In this document: piece by piece, positions 20,313-27,592 of the stretch
Layout: every line of letters begins with the position of its first letter
Position numbering within the stretch: the stretch's first letter is position 1
Origin: an uncultured Clostridiaceae bacterium
GTDB lineage: Bacteria; Bacillota; Clostridia; Monoglobales; Firm-18
Direction: 5' to 3'
NCBI GenBank assembly: GCA_964573775.1
Contig: CAZNKU010000004.1
Coordinates: forward strand, 1 to 60,894
Length of the DNA: 60,894 bases
Program-made: the position numbers and the translations under genes
Notes under the pieces: model-generated
Seen by the model: only the letters and a program-made list of their open reading frames with translations
Database searches by the model: none
Told to the model about the DNA's origin: nothing

Positions 20313-21248
20313 CTAAATGGAATAATATCCATTTTTATACATCTCCCACTTTACAGAAGAATCTTTATCAGAAAAAACAAAAGTGTTATATACATACTTG
20401 TTACGCATATCAAATGCAGCCTGAATATTACGGAAAGAACCGTAACCAAATATTGCAACACTCATCGTATAATCATCACCGGCAAAGTTTCCGATATTTT
20501 CATAAATAGCATTTTTCCATTCAGCAATACTACGTGAGTGCATAAGAAGATTAGTCAACAAATATTCAAACTCCATAGGAGTACCCATATAACCAAAACA
20601 CCCATCCGTTGCCGTAAAAAGAATACAAGGCAAATCTAACACAAATTCCTTTTTATGAATCTTAAAAGGAACGCTTGCACTTATGAAGTTGGTAAGTACA
20701 CCGTCATTCGAAAGATTACTCATAGCATCTTCACCGCTGACATCATCATCACTTAATTGATGTAAGCCTGTTGCATTAAGTGCATAACATCTAGAATCAC
20801 CCGCCCATAAACAAGTTACTCTTATTTTTTTGCCTTCCTCAGCAACTTTGATTATTGCGGCAGTTGTAGGAAATGATTTACCAAGACTGCCTATAAAACG
20901 GCTTTCTTCTTTATCGGCATATGCTTCACAGATATTTAAAGTTTGTTTAATATACCCCATAAGGTTATCTGTATTTTCATCCTCGGAATCAAACCACGCC
21001 TTTACCCCGCCACATACTGCACGGGACGCAACATAAGCACCAGTTTTTCCGGAATAATTGTTGTATCTTTTTGAACCAATACCACCGCATCCGTCAAAAA
21101 CAGAAACAATAGCACTGTTTTTTCTTACACTGTAATAAAAACTGTCTTCACCATTTTCGGGTTTTACTTCTCTTTCTACACAGAAAATTGTATCTAATTT
21201 TTCAAAGCCGTTTTTTGAACTATGTTTGTTATTCTTAATTCTACTCAT
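20313..21248 (-). CDS. PP2C-family protein Ser/Thr phosphatase
   Basis: ORF 311 aa. PP2C motifs NGEDSF, VFDGCGGIGS...AYVASRAV, PTTAA, WAGDSRCYAL, ATDGCFGY and GDDYTMSV. Confidence 0.88.
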   Translation of the reverse strand: MSRIKNNKHSSKNGFEKLDTIFCVEREVKPENGEDSFYYSVRKNSAIVSVFDGCGGIGSKRYNNYSGKTGAYVASRAVCGGVKAWFDSEDENTDNLMGYIKQTLNICEAYADKEESRFIGSLGKSFPTTAAIIKVAEEGKKIRVTCLWAGDSRCYALNATGLHQLSDDDVSGEDAMSNLSNDGVLTNFISASVPFKIHKKEFVLDLPCILFTATDGCFGYMGTPMEFEYLLTNLLMHSRSIAEWKNAIYENIGNFAGDDYTMSVAIFGYGSFRNIQAAFDMRNKYVYNTFVFSDKDSSVKWEMYKNGYYSI

Positions 21249-21262
21249 AACACCATATCTGT

Positions 21263-21952
21263 TTAGCCAATTGTATTAGCTATTACATCTATAATCTGAT
21301 TGTATTCAAGTTCTTTAAGACCGTTACCTGCTTGTGAAGGAAAGTGAAGTACGTTATCCCAGTTTCTTGAAACAATATTCCAATCCGGTGCATCCGGTGC
21401 ATACAAAACAAGACGTTTTGCATTGTTATCCATAAAGCCTGTATACTGACCCGCGCCCCACCATGCTGATAGTTCATTAAGGTCTCTTGACATACCCTTT
21501 GGATAATATTCACTTGAACTGCCAAAGCCAAGTTTGTGTGTTGATTCATCTGTCCACACAACAATAACCTGACGTTTTTTCATGCCTTCTGTATCCCACT
21601 TTGATTTAATAGCATAAGCCAAAGCTTCCAAACCGTCTTCAGGATCATCGCCGCCACCATCTGCTTTAAGACTGCGAACACACTTTTCAAAATCCACTGC
21701 CTGCTCGGGAAGCTTGAAGAAATCGGTAACAAGCATTGCATCTTTACCGTCTGCAAGATAATCACGGAAAGCTACAACACGAACTCTTAGCTGATCAATG
21801 TGTTTACTTTTAACTTCCATTGCTTGAGTAACATCCTGATAAAAGTTAAGTGCATTATTTTTTACGATATCAATAATATTATCCATACTACCGGTACAGT
21901 CAATACAGAATACCATATCTACATTGTAAGTTAATTTGAAATTTGAAGCCAT
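21263..21952 (-). CDS. von Willebrand factor type A (vWA, TerY-like) domain protein
   Basis: ORF 21263..21967 (GTG). The ATG at 21950-21952 (MASNFKLTY) has the better RBS (GGGGAAGGA). MIDAS-type DCTGSM ... VVWTDEST. Confidence 0.85.
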   Translation of the reverse strand: MASNFKLTYNVDMVFCIDCTGSMDNIIDIVKNNALNFYQDVTQAMEVKSKHIDQLRVRVVAFRDYLADGKDAMLVTDFFKLPEQAVDFEKCVRSLKADGGGDDPEDGLEALAYAIKSKWDTEGMKKRQVIVVWTDESTHKLGFGSSSEYYPKGMSRDLNELSAWWGAGQYTGFMDNNAKRLVLYAPDAPDWNIVSRNWDNVLHFPSQAGNGLKELEYNQIIDVIANTIG

Positions 21953-21985
21953 ATTTCCTTCCCCCACATATTTTTAAATTTATTA

Positions 21986-22453
21986 TTAATTAAAAATTGA
22001 TTCGATATTTTCTATAACCTCTGAAAAAATATAACCTGCCGAACCTTTATTTTCTTCAAAATCACTTCGTTTCATTGTATCAACAGCAGAATCAACTGAA
22101 GATTTACCTCCAAATTCACCGCTGTTTTCTGTAGCTTTATTTTTGCTACAGGAAGCACAAATTGTAAATATTAAACAAACAAGTATAATTAAACTGAAAG
22201 ACCATGAAATAATAGAAAGAATTTTAAATTTTCTTTGTGTTTGAATTGCTACGTTGAGCTTTTTTTCAAGATTTTGAACGATTTTTTCATTCACACCATT
22301 ACTTACGGACGTATTAACAACTGTAGTTGGACCTTCATAGCTAAGTATATCTCCGAATCCACCACACATTTCAGTATCCGGCATATTTGCACCGCACCTG
22401 GGACAGGCGGCAGAGTTTTTAGGATTATTACTTCCACATTTCTCACAAATCAT
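21986..22453 (-). CDS. zinc-ribbon protein with a single TM helix
   Basis: ORF 21986..22462. AAGGAG RBS favours the ATG at 22451-22453 (MICEKCGSNNPKNSAACPRCG, i.e. CxxC-x10-CxxC). One TM helix (ILSIISWSFSLIILVCLIFTICA) and a short Ser/Glu-rich C-terminal region. Confidence 0.75.
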   Translation of the reverse strand: MICEKCGSNNPKNSAACPRCGANMPDTEMCGGFGDILSYEGPTTVVNTSVSNGVNEKIVQNLEKKLNVAIQTQRKFKILSIISWSFSLIILVCLIFTICASCSKNKATENSGEFGGKSSVDSAVDTMKRSDFEENKGSAGYIFSEVIENIESIFN

Positions 22454-22471
22454 AATACGCACTCCTTAAAA

Positions 22472-22504
22472 GCGAATCGTCAATTTCAAAAAATGACAAT
22501 TCGC
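22472..22504 (-). promoter_or_regulatory. 11-bp inverted repeat (operator or 5' leader hairpin) between the promoter and RBS of the Zn-ribbon/vWA/PP2C/kinase operon
   Basis: GCGAATCGTCA (22472-22482) / TGACAATTCGC (22494-22504), one mismatch. On the transcript it is followed by UUUUAAGGAG. Confidence 0.5.
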
Positions 22505-22516
22505 TAACATAGTGAC

Positions 22517-22545
22517 ATTATATAACAAAATATTACAAATGTCAA
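22517..22545 (-). promoter_or_regulatory. exact consensus sigma-A promoter of the Zn-ribbon/vWA/PP2C/kinase operon
   Basis: On the minus strand: TTGACA (22540-22545), 17 nt, TATAAT (22517-22522). Confidence 0.7.
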
Positions 22546-22699
22546 TCAATTACAAATGAAAGAACTTGAAGATATTATCATTTTTACAAGCAGTATCTAA
22601 GTTCATTTTTAAAACCATTTAATGTATAAGCCATTCTATTGGAATAGACTGTTTAGAACACACATTCATACAGCACAGCCATTACACTTACTTTCACAT

Positions 22700-22742
22700 T
22701 CACAAACAAAACACCTCTATGGTTTTATATATCATAGAGGTG
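22700..22742 (-). terminator. intrinsic terminator after the alarmone synthetase gene
   Basis: Stem CACCTCTATG / CATAGAGGTG (22712-22721 / 22733-22742), followed on the minus strand by TTTTGTTTG. Confidence 0.8.
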
Positions 22743-22782
22743 AAAAACAATATAAAATTGTATCTGAAAATACGATAAATTT

Positions 22783-23442
22783 TTATAATTTTGATATTCT
22801 CTTATTAATATTCTGCATTTTAGTATCTGTTTTGGCAATAATATCTGCACATAATCTTAGTTCATCAAAAATTTCATCTGCATTTGCAATATCTTTTTTA
22901 TAACGCATTTTATGTTCAAGGCTTGCCCAGAAGTCCATTGCAATAGTTCTGAGTTGTACTTCTACCCTCATATACTGCTTTCTGTTAGTGAAAAATACGG
23001 GAACTTCAACTATCATATGATAACTTCGGTAACCGTTTTCTTTTGGATTTTTGATATAATCTTTTATTTCAATAAGCCTTACATCATCTTGGCTTGCAAA
23101 CATATGGGCAACCTCATAAATATCGTCAATAAAGGAACAGATTACACGAATACCTGCAACGTCGTTTACGTTTTCAAGTACAGATTCTATACTTATTGGA
23201 AAATCCTTACGGTATAATTTTTCAATTATACTTTCGGGTGATTTTATACGACTTTTAATCATTTCTATAGGATTTCGGTTATGCATTGTAGAAAGTTCAT
23301 CATTTAAAATTTCAAACTTTGTCTTCACTTCTTTCATAGCACAGTTATACATCATCATAAACTGTCTGAATTTATTAAACTCACCGAATGCTGCTTCTAT
23401 TTTTTCAATTTTTTGCTGTTCTAATTCAAAATGCTCTGCCAT
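22783..23442 (-). CDS. small alarmone synthetase (RelQ/RelP, YjbM/YwaC-type GTP pyrophosphokinase)
   Basis: ORF 219 aa. RelA_SpoT synthetase motifs AGIRVICSF, YRSYHMIVEVPV and VEVQLRTIAMDFWASLEHK. Confidence 0.9.
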   Translation of the reverse strand: MAEHFELEQQKIEKIEAAFGEFNKFRQFMMMYNCAMKEVKTKFEILNDELSTMHNRNPIEMIKSRIKSPESIIEKLYRKDFPISIESVLENVNDVAGIRVICSFIDDIYEVAHMFASQDDVRLIEIKDYIKNPKENGYRSYHMIVEVPVFFTNRKQYMRVEVQLRTIAMDFWASLEHKMRYKKDIANADEIFDELRLCADIIAKTDTKMQNINKRISKL

Positions 23443-23544
23443 TTTTGTACCTCGTTTTTAAATATATAATTTAATTATATCATTTTTAATTTTTAAGTCA
23501 ATAACATAATTAAAGATTAATATTTTCTTTACAAAGAATAATGA

Positions 23545-23582
23545 GATAACAAAAAATCCCACAAGCTCAATTTGTGGGATTT
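23545..23582 (-). terminator. intrinsic terminator overlapping the stop codon of the PG-binding gene
   Basis: Stem AAATCCCACAA / TTGTGGGATTT. A T-run follows on the minus strand. Confidence 0.75.
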
Positions 23583-24097
23583 GTTTTTTTTGCTATACTT
23601 GATGTATACAGATTTGCAATGCTGTTATAGGTAAGAGTGTCTATTACACCTGTAGGTTCTAATCCTGTTAATGTTTGTACAAACAAAACTGCATTAACGG
23701 AATTTTCATCGTGAATACCTGTTATGTCTACATTTGGTGCATTTGGATAAACAAGAAAAATTGCATATAACATTGCCTGAATTACATAAAGTTCCGAGCG
23801 TTCATCGCCCTCATTAATAAGTATTCTTTTGCCGAAAACCGGAAAAGCAATCGGTAATACATATATTCTGTTAAGCTCCATATTGACATCACGTATTTTT
23901 TGCCATGTTATGTTGTCAACCTCGCCGGTAGGTTCTAATCCATAAGCTTTTTGAAAAGATATAACGCTGTCTTTAGTATTTTGAGTAAAGTTTCCGTCCG
24001 GAATAACAGGTAACACATCCTCTACATAATACGAAATATTTCTCAGCATACTTTGCAAGCCTCGCACAGGCTTTGCATCGGTATTTTCCACTATCAT
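23567..24097 (-). CDS. peptidoglycan-binding (PG_binding_1 repeat) protein
   Basis: ORF 176 aa. Two repeats of the ...FQ...GL.PTG..D..T... type (SFQKAYGLEPTGEVDNITW; VQTLTGLEPTGVIDTLTY). AGAGGTGA RBS overlaps the upstream stop codon. Confidence 0.75.
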   Translation of the reverse strand: MIVENTDAKPVRGLQSMLRNISYYVEDVLPVIPDGNFTQNTKDSVISFQKAYGLEPTGEVDNITWQKIRDVNMELNRIYVLPIAFPVFGKRILINEGDERSELYVIQAMLYAIFLVYPNAPNVDITGIHDENSVNAVLFVQTLTGLEPTGVIDTLTYNSIANLYTSSIAKKTNPTN

Positions 24098-24108
24098 ACA
24101 ATCACCTC

Positions 24109-25530
24109 TTAAAAATCAGAATCACCCTGCCGTAATGTACTGCCGGGAAACTGCATACTTTCTGTTTGCTGTGAAGATATTACATTTTTATACTCATTGG
24201 CTATTGCATTCCATGTTGATTCGTTTACATTTCCAGTACGTATAAGTCCATTTTCACCCTGTATTTGCATAACTGCACTTCGTGTTGCCCTGCCGTACAC
24301 ACCTGTTACACTGACTGGCATAATATTACTATTCACGGTAGCAATAGTATTTATATATTCCTGCAAGGTACGTATACTATCACCTGTTGAACCAATCTGA
24401 AGTACTGTCCCCGGAAACGGTATGGTTTCAATATTTAATTCACGGCTATCGAAAAGTACAATATCATAAGAATTTTTAAGAACACGATACATTAAATCCC
24501 ACGTTTCTGCATCAGTAATACCGGTTACAGGCAAACCGTAAATTGCCTGAAAACTTTCCACTGCCGCAGCAGTATTTGCCCCATATATTCCGTCTCGCGT
24601 AACAGTGGGAATTCGATTATCAAACTGTGCAAGTGTTGCAAGCATATACTGAAGTGCCGCAACCTTTTCACCTCTGTCGCCAATTTCCAATCCGTTAGGA
24701 TATTGAAGGTCTATACCAACAAATGTCTGACCTTCTGAATACAGTTCGGAAAGCCGAAGTAAACCAACATACAGATATACCATTTCATACCATGTTGCTC
24801 TTCCTACTATTCCGTCAGCAGTAAGGTTGAAAATCTCCTGAAACTTTTTAACAGCAGCCTCTGTATTTTCTCCAAATATGGCATCTATAGGTCTTACTTT
24901 TGGTATAGCAGGATAGTCATTTGAAATTCTGTTTAACATCACCTGAATTATCTGCACATACACACCGGAATCACCCCTGCGTATCGGGTAGCCCGGATAA
25001 GATTCATTAATGCCTCGTATAGGAGCATTTGTGACAATTTCAATATCATCTCCGTAGTAATTACGGAGTATCTGTACATAGTCAAGTCCATCCCGTGCAA
25101 GATATTCACTGCCCCATTGAGAAAGCCCCTGACAAGTTACCGTAGTACCGTTGCAATACTTTGCTGCAAGCGGTTCTACACGTCCCATAATACGCAAATA
25201 CGAATCAAATATTTCATCAACAATATCCGATATATTTGAAAAAATATTTCTTCCCTGAGTGTACTTCTGGTCATATGCTGTGTTATTTGTTATGTCAAAA
25301 TTGTAGCCCTGAGAACGGTAAAATTCTGTATAAACTCTGTTTAATGCATAAGATATCTGTGCAAGTATGTTGGCATAAAGTGCATCTTCATCCCAAGTGG
25401 GATATATTTCACTTGAAGCAACGTTTTTTATGTAATCTCTGAATGATACGGTTACATTTTCCGCCACCTGTGACGGTGCCCCTAAATGTACCGTTATTTC
25501 CTCGGGTATGTAAGGTATAACAGTTGGCAT
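24109..25530 (-). CDS. SleC-like spore cortex-lytic enzyme core with three PG-binding repeats
   Basis: ORF 473 aa. YIKNVASSEIYPTWDEDALYANILAQISYALNRVYTEFYRSQGYNFDITNNTAYDQKY resembles the catalytic region of clostridial SleC as I recall it. Followed by three PG_binding_1-like repeats. Confidence 0.65.
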   Translation of the reverse strand: MPTVIPYIPEEITVHLGAPSQVAENVTVSFRDYIKNVASSEIYPTWDEDALYANILAQISYALNRVYTEFYRSQGYNFDITNNTAYDQKYTQGRNIFSNISDIVDEIFDSYLRIMGRVEPLAAKYCNGTTVTCQGLSQWGSEYLARDGLDYVQILRNYYGDDIEIVTNAPIRGINESYPGYPIRRGDSGVYVQIIQVMLNRISNDYPAIPKVRPIDAIFGENTEAAVKKFQEIFNLTADGIVGRATWYEMVYLYVGLLRLSELYSEGQTFVGIDLQYPNGLEIGDRGEKVAALQYMLATLAQFDNRIPTVTRDGIYGANTAAAVESFQAIYGLPVTGITDAETWDLMYRVLKNSYDIVLFDSRELNIETIPFPGTVLQIGSTGDSIRTLQEYINTIATVNSNIMPVSVTGVYGRATRSAVMQIQGENGLIRTGNVNESTWNAIANEYKNVISSQQTESMQFPGSTLRQGDSDF

Positions 25531-25540
25531 GAAATCACCT

Positions 25541-25927
25541 CTACAAATTTTGTGGTGTTACGGTAAATGTATTACTGAATTCGTCATATTCGGACTTTTC
25601 GGGCAAAGGTATCATCTCGATATCTTGCTCACTTAGTCTGTTTGCAAAAATCTGTACATTCTGTATGACAAAAATCACAAAACCTTCTTTTTCAACCTTT
25701 ATATTTACACTGGTAAACGGTTTTAAAGTATTATTTTGGTCCAAAGAAAGCTCCATATCGGGTGTATCAATTTCTACAATATCCGTCTTACCGTTTTCAT
25801 CAGTAAGTCTGAAAGCAAGTATTTCTTCACCGTTACCATTATTTTCAGTAACGGTAACACGCACATCACGCACAGGTATAAGCATATCTGCAATATATGT
25901 TCTTACCAACAAACTACCTTTTTGCAA
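25541..25927 (-). CDS. carboxypeptidase-regulatory-like (beta-sandwich) domain protein, equivalent to the SleC N-terminal pre/pro region
   Basis: ORF 128 aa. TTG start 8 nt after AGGAGGTG. Pattern GSLLVRTYIADMLIPVRDVRVTV...TDENGKTDIVEIDTP. Confidence 0.55.
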   Translation of the reverse strand: MQKGSLLVRTYIADMLIPVRDVRVTVTENNGNGEEILAFRLTDENGKTDIVEIDTPDMELSLDQNNTLKPFTSVNIKVEKEGFVIFVIQNVQIFANRLSEQDIEMIPLPEKSEYDEFSNTFTVTPQNL

Positions 25928-25929
25928 TA

Positions 25930-25963
25930 AAAAAACACCTCCTGATATCTTATTTATATCAGG
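25930..25963 (-). terminator. hairpin after pncB, overlapping the RBS of the next gene (weak terminator)
   Basis: Stem CCTGATAT / ATATCAGG (25941-25948 / 25956-25963), then AGGTG and a T-run on the minus strand. Confidence 0.4.
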
Positions 25964-26151
25964 AAAGTGTTTAAATATGATTATTTTTTAATTTTATTTG
26001 TATGAGCTTTCCTTAGCATCCAAAGCCCAGCAGTTAGAAAGTTCTTTGCCTGCTTTATTATAAACTTCAAGTTTACCTCTTGTAACAACTGTTGTGGAAG
26101 GCCTGCAATACTAAATTTGTCAACAAACTAAATAATATATTTTTATACAAA

Positions 26152-27579
26152 TCAACCGAATTGATCAAGCAGATTTTGCTTCATCTGCCACATATCTTTC
26201 GACAAATCCACATAATAACGGTGTGGGTTTTCAAAACGTTTTACTTCATCCCACAATGTTTCAATTTCTTCCCTGCACTTATTCTGAATAGTCTTAAGGT
26301 CAGGTGATTCATAAACGCATTTACCCTTATCAAAAATTTTAGTAAGTAAAGGCTTTGCTTCAAAATCCGTAAGAGTCCTCTTCTTCCATGTATGTTCAGG
26401 GTCAAATATTGTATAAGGTTTTGATGTATCAATAACTTCGCCGTGTTTTGTAATTACATCCGCAACTGCCTTACCGTCCTTATATAGTCTGTATAGTGAC
26501 TTAAAGCCGGGATTTGTAATTTTTGCAACATTTTCGCTAAGCTTAATTCTCGGTATAATTTCATTACCGCTTTCTATAGCGACAAGCTTATATACACCGC
26601 CAAACACAGGTTCTGACCTTGAAGTAATAAGTCTTTCACCAACGCCAAAGCTGCTAATTTGTGCCCCCTGAAGCAAAGTATCACGGATAATATATTCATC
26701 AAGTGAATTGGAAACTACAATGCCGCAGTCCTCCATACCATTTTCGTCAAGGATTTTACGAACCTTTTTTGTAAGGTATGTTATATCACCGCTGTCTATT
26801 CTTACGCCCTTTAGTCTGTAACCTGCGGGTACCAAAACATCATTATGTACTTTAATAGCATTAACAATACCGGATTTTAATACATTATACGTGTCAATTA
26901 AAAGTGTACAACTGTCAGGATAAACAGAAGCATAAGCACAAAAAGCAGAATATTCATCAGGGAAAGTCTGTATCCAGCTGTGTGCCATTGTACCGAGTGC
27001 AGGTACATCAAAAAGCTGTTCAGATATTGTGCAGGCTGTACCTGCGCAACCGCCGATATAAGCGGCACGGGAACCGTATACAGCACCGTCATAACCCTGC
27101 GCACGTCTTGACCCGAATTCCATAACAGGACGCCCCTCTGCGGCACGTACGATACGGTTTGTTTTAGTGGCAATCAACGACTGATGATTTATTGTAAGTA
27201 AAATCATAGTTTCCAAAAACTGAGCCTGTATGATTGGTCCGCGTACAACTATCAATGGGTCATTTGGGAAAATAGGTGTTCCCTCTTCTATCGCCCATAC
27301 ATCACATACAAATTCAAAGTTTTTAAGGTAATCAAGAAACCCTTCGCTGAACATGTTTTTGCTTCTTAAGTATTCAATATCTTCATCTGTAAACTTAAGA
27401 TCTTTGATATACTCAATTACCTGTTCAACACCTGCCATTATAGCAAACCCACCATTATCCGGTACTTTACGGAAATACATGTCAAAATAACCCACTTTGT
27501 CACCTATTCCGTTTTCAAAATAACCGTTTGCCATAGTAAGCTCGTAAAAATCCGTAAGCATTGTTAAATTTCTGGTCAT
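26152..27579 (-). CDS. pncB: nicotinate phosphoribosyltransferase
   Basis: ORF 475 aa. MLTDFYELTMANGYF N-terminus and GTMAHSWIQ motif. Confidence 0.92.
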   Translation of the reverse strand: MTRNLTMLTDFYELTMANGYFENGIGDKVGYFDMYFRKVPDNGGFAIMAGVEQVIEYIKDLKFTDEDIEYLRSKNMFSEGFLDYLKNFEFVCDVWAIEEGTPIFPNDPLIVVRGPIIQAQFLETMILLTINHQSLIATKTNRIVRAAEGRPVMEFGSRRAQGYDGAVYGSRAAYIGGCAGTACTISEQLFDVPALGTMAHSWIQTFPDEYSAFCAYASVYPDSCTLLIDTYNVLKSGIVNAIKVHNDVLVPAGYRLKGVRIDSGDITYLTKKVRKILDENGMEDCGIVVSNSLDEYIIRDTLLQGAQISSFGVGERLITSRSEPVFGGVYKLVAIESGNEIIPRIKLSENVAKITNPGFKSLYRLYKDGKAVADVITKHGEVIDTSKPYTIFDPEHTWKKRTLTDFEAKPLLTKIFDKGKCVYESPDLKTIQNKCREEIETLWDEVKRFENPHRYYVDLSKDMWQMKQNLLDQFG

Positions 27580-27592
27580 TTTAATCCTTCTT

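Noticed and set aside
22622-22903. 93-aa plus-strand ORF spanning the relQ-triad intergenic region
   Set aside because: It runs through the relQ terminator hairpin and into the antisense strand of the relQ 3' end. It has no RBS and an implausible composition.
22783-23442. Alarmone synthetase as a toxSAS toxin-antitoxin module or as part of the adjacent triad operon
   Set aside because: There is no small adjacent ORF that could serve as an antitoxin. Its length and motifs are those of housekeeping RelQ/RelP enzymes. It has its own terminator (22700-22742), and 320 bp containing the triad promoter separates it from the zinc-ribbon gene.
25990-26151. Possible gene remnant or small ORF between pncB and the SleC-like cluster (minus-strand frame ...VVTRGKLEVYNKAGKELSNCWALDAKESSYK*)
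   Set aside because: The open frame has no start codon and follows a TAG. The alternative 29-codon TTG-initiated frame has no recognisable features. I could not assign either to any family from memory.
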